Shown piece after piece: positions 19,547 to 27,787 of a DNA stretch of 64,000 nt (position 1 is the first letter of the stretch; the number at the start of each line of letters is the position of its first letter). This DNA is from an uncultured cyanobacterium. Its GTDB lineage: Bacteria > Cyanobacteriota > Cyanobacteriia > CAKZMO01. Location of the stretch: assembly GCA_963719515.1 (NCBI GenBank), contig CAVRCJ010000001.1, forward strand, positions 160,001-224,000, given 5' to 3'. The notes under the pieces were generated by a model. It was given only the letters and a program-made list of their open reading frames with translations, was not told the origin of the DNA and made no database searches. The translations under genes were made by a program, and so were the position numbers.

Positions 19547-20250
19547 GGGAGCATCCCAGTTTGGACATGAGTAGAAGTACTCAGAGAGCGATTTGAGGAT
19601 AGGGATGCCAAACTAGGGGTAACAGAGTCATGGAGAGATCGACATGGAGCACCTATCGCCCGAAGCACAAGCTCAACTGCAGGAGCACCTAGAAGCAGCA
19701 GCCAGCATCCTGTACGCCCACACCGAGGCGGAGAAGCTCAAGGACTTTGAGAGTATCGAATGGGAAGTGCGATCGCAAATATTGCAGCAGGTAGCCCCGC
19801 GTATTGGAGAGTTTTTTTCTCAGCAGGGGGACAATGCAGGGGCGGCAAACAGCGACAGCTGAATAGCTGCCTAGGCGAGGTGAGCGTGAGTCAGAAGCAA
19901 GGGAAGCGATTAGGGCTCAAAGCCAATCGCCAGCTCTCTCCTGCGCTAGAGAAGTGCTGCATGCGCCTGTGCGCCCAAGCGTCATTCCAGCAAGCTGAGC
20001 AGAACGTGGAAACGGTGATGGGCCTAAAGGCCAGCCACAGTAGCTTGCATCGTCCCAATTTTGGCTTGTCTTGGCGATGGCCATGACGGAGTGTGGAATA
20101 TAGCCAAAGCCTTCGGTGGTCAGCAGGTCATCGTCAAGCGACAGGTGCTTGATTGGTATCACTTGGTGGAAAATTTCTACAAGGTGGGTAGGTCACTCAA
20201 GCGCTTAGGCCGGGTCAAAACGCTTTCAGGGTTACTTGAGCAAGCAGCGC
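19547..20250 (+). mobile_element. ISKra4-family transposase remnant with internal deletions
   Basis: Putative left end GGGAGCATCCCAGTTTGG. ORF1 (19644-19862) overlaps ORF2 at a T7 slippery run (19812-19818). Fragments LSPALEKCC, CLGDGHDGVWNI and VLDWYHLVEN are present. The middle and 3' parts are missing, and no right IR was found. Confidence 0.75.
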
Positions 20251-20272
20251 CAAAATTTTGAGAGTTAATATT

Positions 20273-20845
20273 ATGAACAGAATGACCATGCTGTCCGGCA
20301 GTTTCGCCGGCGGGCTTGCTCTAGGGATATTAGCAATGACCTTATGGCAGCCTTCTCCTAAGTCTCCCTACGTAGGCCAAGCCAACAGCCCTATTCGAGG
20401 GATGAGCGCTCAGGAGATCGATGATTTGCTCGAGGGCCGGGGTGCTGGCTACGCCCGTACGGCAGAGCTGAACAGCTATCCGGGACCTCGTCATGTGCTA
20501 GATCTCAAAGCGGATCTAGATCTCTCTGCCAGCCAGGAGGGCGTCGCCTATGCCGTGTTTGAGGAGATGCAGCGCGATGCTCAGCGGATTGGAAAGATGA
20601 TTGTCGAGCAAGAAGGCGCGCTCAGCCGTGCATTCGCCACAGAGACTATAACTCCCGAGGCGCTTCTTCAGCAGACCCAGGAGTTAGCAGCGCTATATAG
20701 CGAGCTACGGGCTGCGCACCTTGAGGCCCACTTGGAGATTACGCCGCTTCTCTCTGCCGAACAAATTGAGCGCTACGATCGCATACGAGGCTATGGGTCT
20801 TCCACAGCAGAGACACCAGCGAGGCATTCACCTCATCAACATTAA
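20273..20845 (+). CDS. Exported Spy/CpxP-like helical protein
   Basis: N-terminal hydrophobic segment, SPY...AELNSYPGPRHVL, LSAEQ..YD.IRGY (LTxxQ-like) and a His-rich tail. Confidence 0.7.
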   Translation: MNRMTMLSGSFAGGLALGILAMTLWQPSPKSPYVGQANSPIRGMSAQEIDDLLEGRGAGYARTAELNSYPGPRHVLDLKADLDLSASQEGVAYAVFEEMQRDAQRIGKMIVEQEGALSRAFATETITPEALLQQTQELAALYSELRAAHLEAHLEITPLLSAEQIERYDRIRGYGSSTAETPARHSPHQH

Positions 20846-21075
20846 TTATTTGTGACGCAAAAATAAGCTTTCAAGGCCCACACGACCCAAATCCAGTGCT
20901 CTCTCTGAATTCCCAAATTAAGAAAGCATAGAACGCCAGCGATTTGTTGGAATAGGGGGAGGGGCGTAGGCGCGGTTGCTGCTTCAGTGCAGCGCCGTAT
21001 GGTCTTTTTGTCCTTTCTGCCATGAATCGCTGATGCGATCGCCTTTTCTCCCCTTGCCATCAACCCCCAAGGCGG

Positions 21076-21204
21076 TACACTCGTACGCTAGAAGCTACAA
21101 CTTGATGTAGCTCTGAAACATCCCAAAAGATTGGTCTAACGACCGCGATCGCTGTTGGAAGCGGCGATCGCGGCCTGACCCTTGGACAGAGTTGGCCTGT
21201 CTTT
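21076..21204 (+). promoter_or_regulatory. 5' part of a structured leader for the small ORF at 22044 (3' part at 21992-22043)
   Basis: TACACT -10-like box, hairpins at 21093-21112 and 21143-21173, and stems that pair across the intron insertion (21190-21197 with 21998-22005; 21121-21129 with 22005-22013). Confidence 0.5.
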
Positions 21205-21991
21205 GTCGGGTAAAGAGGTGACATCGCTGCCACCCCCTCCCCTCAGAACCGTGCTTGCGACTCTCACCGCACACGGCTCAAGCAGACCATAGCTAAAGGG
21301 GACAAGCGTGGATTTGTTGGTGGCAATAGAGATGAAGCAACTCTAGGTTATCGAAGGTGTTCTGACCACCACGCGCTTTAGGAATGCGGGGGTGGAGTTC
21401 GAGAGCCTCCCCATTGAATAGAGAGTCTCCGCACACAGAACACCGGCCGTTCTGCCGTTGCGCAGTGCGCTGACGGGTAGGTTTCAGCTGACTAGCTTTT
21501 AGCGACTAGACGAGAAGCCCCGCGCTCTACCCGTCTAGGGTGAGCGTCGGGATGAGAGTCGCGCTAGCCGAAGTGCGCCCGCAAAATGATGCACAGCGGA
21601 TAGTGCGCTCAGCGCTGAGGCTAGCAGTTGGTATGATAGAGATAGCAAGGTGATACACCCCGCAAAGAGTGTGACGGGCCCGTAGGCGAAAGCTGCAAGT
21701 CACCCGTTCCTCAGTTTGCAAATGTATCTGCGACACATAGTGCGTATCCTCCCTCGCGGAGATGAAAATTCAAAACTCTGCCGTGGGGCATCAGGCGGAG
21801 TATAAACCTATCTCAGGATATGTCTCGGCAATAGCTGGGAGTCACTGAGGAAGCCCGCGCTGTACAGCTTGCTGTCAGCGTCGGGAGGGTGTCACGGCTT
21901 GTCGCTGTTGCCAATAGGCCTTGAGCGCCGGGTCATCCATCGAGGCGGAGCCTTTGGCAATGGTGTGGCGTTCAATTGTGAACCAAGAGAA
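21205..21991 (-). mobile_element. 5'-truncated group II intron (C-terminal part of the IEP with HNH domain, domain V, domain VI)
   Basis: DV GAGCCGTGTGCGGTGAGAGTCGCAAGCACGGTTC (21246-21279). DVI ends in CCCGAC at 21205. The IEP fragment reads FSWFTIERHTIAKGSASMDDPALKAYWQQRQA|LKASQLKP...CSVCGDSLFNGE...NLELLHLYCHQQIH. Confidence 0.9.
21503..21895 (+). mobile_element. Non-autonomous IS200/IS605-family element, copy 1 (393 bp, omega-RNA-like right end)
   Basis: Related subterminal hairpins CCCGCGCT...AGCGTCGGG at both ends (21519-21551, 21854-21885). Ends in TCAC, preceded by TTTAG, no TSD. Its removal restores the intron IEP reading frame. Confidence 0.88.
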
Positions 21992-22043
21992 AGGGACGGC
22001 CAGCTTTTTGGGGCTTTTCTGCCCAATACATCAGAGAAAACCC

Positions 22044-22322
22044 ATGACATTTCTATATCCCGAGCGGCCTTCCAGCGAGGCCGCACCCACCGTGCTGACC
22101 ACTCCCCAGCCCGGCCCCAACGACGAATACATCCGCCACCTGCTGATCGGCTCCCCCGAAGCCATCCGCGAAACCATCCATCTGCTGCATCTGCGCGACT
22201 ACGTCGAACAGGGCCTGTGGAGCGGACCCATCGCCATTGGCGACGGCGGCGTCAAGATCACTCACCGAGAAGGGCAGGCCCTAGCCTACCTGATGCGGCG
22301 GCGGTCTTTAGATATCTCGTAG
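22044..22322 (+). CDS. Small cyanobacterial hypothetical protein (IRHLLIGSPEAIRETIHLLH motif)
   Basis: 92-aa ORF from ATG 22044 with coding-like codon usage. Confidence 0.75.
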   Translation: MTFLYPERPSSEAAPTVLTTPQPGPNDEYIRHLLIGSPEAIRETIHLLHLRDYVEQGLWSGPIAIGDGGVKITHREGQALAYLMRRRSLDIS

Positions 22323-22673
22323 CCCGCTCGCCGAGGCGATCGCTAGCGTAAATGTAGGTCGTTGGCCCAGTTTCGAGGCACTGTACCCCGCGACACCCCA
22401 CCTACCCGCCGTATAGACCGCGATCGCCTCAGCGCTCCTGAAGCCTTCTCTGACTCACAGCGCTAGGAGCCGGTAGACAAGCCCAGACAGCCCTCTTCAA
22501 AGCTACACAGTAGCCTCGCCAAATCAGCGGTAGGATAGGCATCTGAATTGAAAGCATCAAAAGCTTTTCGATTCAATTCGGTGAGCGATCGCAGCAGTCG
22601 GCCTTAGTTTTAAGCGTTTTGATACCTAGCATCACCCTAGCTCAGTCTTTTAGCTAATTTCCCAACGAGTTTA

Positions 22674-23555
22674 ATGTCCGAAAAGACCCCCTGCCCCCAA
22701 AACCCCTATAGAGCCCCCTTTAAAGTTCTCCAAAGCTGGCTTAAGCCTCTGCCACTGGGGCTAACGCTGACGCTCTCCCTGGTCGTTCAAATTATCCTGC
22801 CCTCTCCTGCCGCCGCTCAGTTCGACAGCCCCCCTCCCCAGCGCCCCTACAACCACTGCCCCCAAGACCTTCACGGTCAAATTCAGCGCATCATAGATCG
22901 GCCAACTTTCCAATCGGCACAGTGGGGCATCGTCGCCGAAACCCTATCCGGGCAAGTGCTCTTTCATCGCAACCGCGATCGCCTTTTCATCCCCGCGTCA
23001 AACATCAAGCTGCTCACCACCGCCGCCGCCCTACAGACTTGGGGAAGCGAAGACGACGCTCTGCAGACCTGGGTCGGCATCGTCAACCGCGAAAGCAACA
23101 ACAGCTCTGCAGACGCCCTGCTAGCTCGCCTCGGCGGCCCAGGACAGGTTCAGGCCGCACTATCAACTTTAGGCATTGACCCCCTCAGCTTTCGGCAGGT
23201 CGACGGCTCTGGGCTAAGCCGCTACAACGCCGCCCAGCCCAGCACCTTTGTCACCGTGCTCAAAGCCATGTGGAGCGCCCCAGGGGGCAGCATTTTCTAT
23301 GGATCGCTGCCCGTAGCAGGGCAAAGCGGCACTCTACGGCGGCGGTTTCGGGGCACCGAGCTGCAGGGGCGTTTGCGAGCCAAGACGGGGACGCTGCGCG
23401 GCGTCAGGGCGCTGTCAGGCTATCTGAGCCATCCTGACTACGGCCCCATTGTATTTAGCATCATGGTGAACCAGCCTGGGCAATCGGGAGACCAAATGCT
23501 GCAGGCTATAGACGGCGTGGTGCAGGAGCTATCGCGGCTGACGATCTGTGAGTAG
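22674..23555 (+). CDS. dacB: Compact D-Ala-D-Ala carboxypeptidase/endopeptidase (peptidase S13, PBP4-like)
   Basis: PASNIK, ESNN, DGSGLSR and AKTGTL motifs. Confidence 0.8.
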   Translation: MSEKTPCPQNPYRAPFKVLQSWLKPLPLGLTLTLSLVVQIILPSPAAAQFDSPPPQRPYNHCPQDLHGQIQRIIDRPTFQSAQWGIVAETLSGQVLFHRNRDRLFIPASNIKLLTTAAALQTWGSEDDALQTWVGIVNRESNNSSADALLARLGGPGQVQAALSTLGIDPLSFRQVDGSGLSRYNAAQPSTFVTVLKAMWSAPGGSIFYGSLPVAGQSGTLRRRFRGTELQGRLRAKTGTLRGVRALSGYLSHPDYGPIVFSIMVNQPGQSGDQMLQAIDGVVQELSRLTICE

Positions 23556-23565
23556 TGGGTGTGAT

Positions 23566-24582
23566 CTACTGCTGCGGCGCTTCCTCTAGCTCAAGCTCCA
23601 GCATGGGCTCCTCCAGCATGGGCTCCTCTGAGGCCGGTTCGCCCGTTGGTTCGTCTAACGCCGGACCGTCCACCGGCATCTCGTCTATAGGTAACTCAGG
23701 AGCAGTTTCACGGCGCACCCGAATTTTTTGCAGCGACTCACGCACCGCCGGCAGCGCCAGGAACGTCTCCGTCTGCGAGAGAAGCTGTGGGCCCCACAGG
23801 TTTTCCTCTAGAAATTCAAGGTCAGCGTAGCGGGGGTCGATGCTCAAAGCGGCGATCGCTTGCTCAACGGCTTCCTCTTCTTCCCCTTGTGCAAACCGAG
23901 CGACCGCGATCGCCATCTGAGGTTCAGCTTCCTCACGCTCGGTCAGCTTAACCGCGTCTTCCCAGCGGTCAATAGCCTTCTCAACGCGGCCCTGCTCATA
24001 GAGCACTAGCCCAATATTGTTGACGGCAGGCCAAAATTCAGACTCTAGGTCCACCGCCTCTTTGTAGCGATCGATGGCCTGATCGTATTGGTCGAGCTTA
24101 TAGTAGGCGTTCGCTAAATCAAACCAAGCCCCGGCCACCCCCGGACTGGTGTCAAGCCCCAATTCAATGTAGTCGACCGAGCGCTGATACTCTTCTAGCT
24201 GAAAGTAGACGGTGCCCAAATCGAACAGCGCCGCCGGGTCTTCCGGGTCGAGGGAGCGGGCCTTCTCTAAAGACACCACCGACGGCTGCAAGTCTCCCAA
24301 CTGTAGGTAAAGGCGGCCCAGCAGCAGCCAAACCTGGGGCGTATCGTTGGCCAGCTGAGAGGCGAGCTGGGCTCTCGGTAAGGCTAGCTCGAACTGCTGA
24401 ATTTGGGCAAGCTGGGAGGCTTCTTGCGCAAGCAAAAGGCCCTGTTGCTCCAGCTGCTCTGGCTCAATAGGGGGCGTGTGCGGAACAACCGCCTGAGCAT
24501 AGACGGCCTCTTGGACTGTCAGCAGCGTTGCCGCAGAGGTTAGTCCAGCGATGAGAGCAGGCAGAAGGTGGCGCAGAGTCAT
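23566..24582 (-). CDS. Exported tetratricopeptide repeat protein
   Basis: Signal-peptide-like N-terminus and several TPR units (AWFDLANAYYKLDQYDQAI; AVNNIGLVLYEQG). Confidence 0.85.
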   Translation of the reverse strand: MTLRHLLPALIAGLTSAATLLTVQEAVYAQAVVPHTPPIEPEQLEQQGLLLAQEASQLAQIQQFELALPRAQLASQLANDTPQVWLLLGRLYLQLGDLQPSVVSLEKARSLDPEDPAALFDLGTVYFQLEEYQRSVDYIELGLDTSPGVAGAWFDLANAYYKLDQYDQAIDRYKEAVDLESEFWPAVNNIGLVLYEQGRVEKAIDRWEDAVKLTEREEAEPQMAIAVARFAQGEEEEAVEQAIAALSIDPRYADLEFLEENLWGPQLLSQTETFLALPAVRESLQKIRVRRETAPELPIDEMPVDGPALDEPTGEPASEEPMLEEPMLELELEEAPQQ

Positions 24583-24629
24583 TTCAGGCGGTGGGGTAAA
24601 AGGTTGTCTTCGTAGCTTAGACGATTTGC

Positions 24630-25637
24630 CTAAGGGTCAGCATGTCCTGACTCGGGCTCGCGGCGCACAGGCTCTACCCGGGGCTCGCTGTCGCGACTGG
24701 CCAAGTTGGCCGCCGCGTTGCGCTGCAGCATCGGGAGCTTAATGCGACGTAAGGCAGAGGCCGGAAACCGGGCCTCGTACTCTTCGGGGGACAGGCGGGC
24801 CAGCTCGGCTAGCGTTGGAGCAATATTCGCGGGGTAGGGCTGAAAATCAGGAACGTCTGTGGGTTGGGCAAACCGCTGGTTCCAAGGACAGACATCTTGG
24901 CAAATGTCGCAGCCTGCAACCCAGCCAGAGAGGCGATCGCCAATTTCCTCGGGCAGCGTCTCGGCGCGGTTTTCGATAGTGTGGTAGGCGATGCAGCGGT
25001 TTGCGTCTACTACGAAGGGCGGGTCAATGGCCTGAGTTGGGCAAGCGTCAAGGCAGCGGGTGCAGGTGCCGCAGTGGGACGTGTGAGGGCGATCGGGGAC
25101 GAGGGGCAAGCTGGTGAGCAGCTCCCCTAAAAACACCCAAGAGCCATACTCGCGGGTGATTAAGTTACTGTTTTTAGCCACCCAGCCCAGGCCCGCCTGC
25201 TGGGCCCAATATTTATCCTGCACGGGGCCGGTATCGGCGTAGTGACGCACCTGAATTGGCTCGGGGCCATCCTGCGACACCAGCCAGGTCGCTAGGGCTT
25301 TGAGGCGGGTGGTCATGACGCGGTGGTAGTCGCGTCCCCAGCCGTAGCGGGAAATCTTGGCGTATTCGCTGCCCTCGGGCCGCTGGTGATCGGTGTAGTA
25401 GTTGAGGGCTACGCAGATGATGGAGCGTACCTCAGGCATAACGCGGCGGACGTCGCGGCGCTTGGGGCTGTTCATCCAGGCCATGTCGGCGTGGTACCCC
25501 TGTGCGAGCCAGCTTTCCAAAGCGGCGGCGTTGGCCGCCCCGCTCGCGGATGCGGCCTCTGGTGAGGTGATGCCGACCTTGTGAAACCCTAGGTCGAGCG
25601 CTTTTTGCTTGATTTGGTCGCCGTTGGGGATGGTCAC
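24630..25637 (-). CDS. queG: tRNA epoxyqueuosine reductase
   Basis: ISRYGWGRDYH, DTGP, CGTCTRCLDACPT and GCDICQDVCPWN. Confidence 0.95.
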   Translation of the reverse strand: MTIPNGDQIKQKALDLGFHKVGITSPEAASASGAANAAALESWLAQGYHADMAWMNSPKRRDVRRVMPEVRSIICVALNYYTDHQRPEGSEYAKISRYGWGRDYHRVMTTRLKALATWLVSQDGPEPIQVRHYADTGPVQDKYWAQQAGLGWVAKNSNLITREYGSWVFLGELLTSLPLVPDRPHTSHCGTCTRCLDACPTQAIDPPFVVDANRCIAYHTIENRAETLPEEIGDRLSGWVAGCDICQDVCPWNQRFAQPTDVPDFQPYPANIAPTLAELARLSPEEYEARFPASALRRIKLPMLQRNAAANLASRDSEPRVEPVRREPESGHADP

Positions 25638-25830
25638 GTCGATTCAGAAGATGAGCCAGCTGGGTCAGCCAGTCGAAATCAGGCAGTCGAAAGGGTAGAG
25701 AGGGGCTGGACTTTAGTTTAGCCCGGCGACGTCCCTAGCTCCCTCGGTCTGTAGATGACGGCAAGGCGATCGCCTCTGTAACCTTACAGACAAGCAGCCT
25801 TACAGACCAACCAGCAGTACAAGCGACGGC

Positions 25831-26265
25831 ATGGCCAACTCATTCCCCACTCCCCCAACAGAACAGGCTAGAACGTCCGCTATTCCGGACTTGGGCCATC
25901 CTACAGTGGTCTACTACTTTGAGACCATCAACGCCAGCGCCTATCGCCACACCGCCGCATTATTCACCTCCGACGGCGAAATGCGAGCGCCGTTTATAGC
26001 GCCTATTAAACAGCCGGACATTGCCGCTTACTTAGAAAAAGAAGCCAGCGGCATGACGCTCCACCCCCGCTACGCAGAAGAACTCACAGGTCAAACCTCC
26101 GACGACCCCCTGAGCGACTACGACGTTAAGGTGACAGGCTATGTCCAGACGCCTCTGTTTGGCGTCAACGTAGCCTGGCTCTTTGCCCTACGGCGCGAGG
26201 ACATTCTCGCCGTACGCATCAAGCTGCTCGCTTCTCCTCAAGAGCTGCTGAAGCTGCGCGGCTAG
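25831..26265 (+). CDS. Orange carotenoid protein C-terminal domain homolog (CTDH, NTF2 fold)
   Basis: YFETIN, LFTSDG, VKVTGYVQTPLFGVNVAW and KLLASPQELL resemble the OCP CTD. Confidence 0.8.
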   Translation: MANSFPTPPTEQARTSAIPDLGHPTVVYYFETINASAYRHTAALFTSDGEMRAPFIAPIKQPDIAAYLEKEASGMTLHPRYAEELTGQTSDDPLSDYDVKVTGYVQTPLFGVNVAWLFALRREDILAVRIKLLASPQELLKLRG

Positions 26266-26297
26266 GCTTTCCGGAGGCGCTTCATCAGCGCTGGGGG

Positions 26298-27380
26298 CTA
26301 ATCTGCTAGATCTGGAAACACCTCTCTAACCACGGGATGGACTAAGCGCCCTTCACGGACGTTGACCCCCATGGCAAATCCCACGTCGGTTTTCATTCCC
26401 TCTAGCCCCTGGTTTGCTAGGGCCGTCACAAAGGGCAGGGTGCTGTTGTTCAGCGCCTGGGTTGCGGTCCAGGGCACCGCTCCCGGCATGTTGGCCACGC
26501 CGTAGTGCAGCACCCCTGCCTCGACGTAGGTAGGGTCCGTATGAGAGGTGGGGCGGACGGTCTCGATACAGCCCCCCTGGTCCACCGCGACGTCAACAAT
26601 GACTGAACCGGGCTGCATCTGCTCCACCAGCTGGCGGGAGACGAGGGTGGGAGGTCGCCGACCGGGAACGAGCACCGCCCCAATCATTAGATCTGCTTCA
26701 GGCACGAGCGCCTCAATCTGTGGCGCGCTGCTGTACAGCAGCTCTACGCGGGAGCCAAAGAGCTCCTCAAGCTGGTTGAGTCGCTCCACGCTGATGTCCA
26801 CAATTTGCACCTGCGCGCCCAACCCCACCGCTATTTTGGCGGCTTCGGTGCCCACGACGCCCCCGCCAAGCACTAAAATCCGCCCAGGACGGACCCCAGG
26901 AACGCCCCCCAACAGAACGCCCCGCCCCCCTTGCTGGCGCTCTAAAAAGTGAGCCCCAAACTGCACTGAGAGCCGCCCAGCAATAATGCTCATGGGCGCT
27001 AACAGCGGTAGGGTTTGGTGGCGCTCAACGGTTTCGTAAGCGATCGCTGTAATGCCTGACTCTAGCAGCGTTTCAGTGAGTTTGCGGTTGGCGGCCAAAT
27101 GGAGGTAGGTGAACAAAACTTGCTTCGCCTGCAGATAGTCATACTCCCCAGGCAGCGGCTCTTTTACCTTAACCACGAGCTCTTTGTCCCAGGCCTGCTT
27201 CGTGCTTACAATGTGCGCTCCCGCTGTCCGATACGCCTCATCCGAAAACCCAGCCCCTTGGCCCGCTTCCGCCTCTACTGCAACAGAATGCCCTTGACCT
27301 GTCAAAACGCGTACGCTATTGGGGCTTAGCCCTACCCGAAACTCTTGATCCTTCGTTTCTTTCGGAATCCCAATATCCAT
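26298..27380 (-). CDS. ald: Alanine dehydrogenase
   Basis: MDIGIPKETKDQEFRV, FTYLHLAA, VAVDQGGC and ANMPGAVP. Confidence 0.96.
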   Translation of the reverse strand: MDIGIPKETKDQEFRVGLSPNSVRVLTGQGHSVAVEAEAGQGAGFSDEAYRTAGAHIVSTKQAWDKELVVKVKEPLPGEYDYLQAKQVLFTYLHLAANRKLTETLLESGITAIAYETVERHQTLPLLAPMSIIAGRLSVQFGAHFLERQQGGRGVLLGGVPGVRPGRILVLGGGVVGTEAAKIAVGLGAQVQIVDISVERLNQLEELFGSRVELLYSSAPQIEALVPEADLMIGAVLVPGRRPPTLVSRQLVEQMQPGSVIVDVAVDQGGCIETVRPTSHTDPTYVEAGVLHYGVANMPGAVPWTATQALNNSTLPFVTALANQGLEGMKTDVGFAMGVNVREGRLVHPVVREVFPDLAD

Positions 27381-27517
27381 AAGTAGATCTCTCTAACGTG
27401 AACTTTCACAGCTGTGGGGCCGCAAATAGGCTGCTGAGCCTGCTTTGTTGCCCAAATGAGTTTCCGTATACCATACTATTAAGCACTGTTAAGTTATCCC
27501 CGTCGAGGTCAATAGAA

Positions 27518-27715
27518 ATGACGTCTGATATCAATCCTGCCGCGACTGCCCCCACCGAGCCTTCCATTCAACCCAGCCTCTACGAACCGAAGTTTGGCTT
27601 CAATGATTACGCCGAGCGGCTCAACGGTCGGGCGGCGATGGTTGGTTTTGTAGCGACGCTGGCCATTGAATATTTTTCGGGTCAGGGGCTCTTGACCTGG
27701 CTAGGACTGCTTTAA
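27518..27715 (+). CDS. hli: High-light inducible protein (HLIP)
   Basis: FGFNDYAERLNGRAAMVGF (ExxNGRxAM chlorophyll-binding motif). Start ATG 27518. Confidence 0.92.
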   Translation: MTSDINPAATAPTEPSIQPSLYEPKFGFNDYAERLNGRAAMVGFVATLAIEYFSGQGLLTWLGLL

Positions 27716-27787
27716 GCCCGCATTTCTTTGGGCGGCTAGAACGCCGCTTGGGAAGCCCCGTCCCTATCACCCCATGGCGATACTGCA

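Noticed and set aside
18921..19568. 215-aa minus-strand ORF
   Set aside because: Antisense to mscL.
21645..21731. c-di-GMP riboswitch or known ribozyme
   Set aside because: GNRA-like loops are present, but I could not find the GEMM, hammerhead, twister or hairpin-ribozyme cores. Kept only as an unknown structure.
21527..21736. Duplicated small ORF MSQIHLQ... (also 52569-52805)
   Set aside because: It lies antisense within the mini-element, the two copies differ by a frameshift, and it has no TnpA HUH motif.
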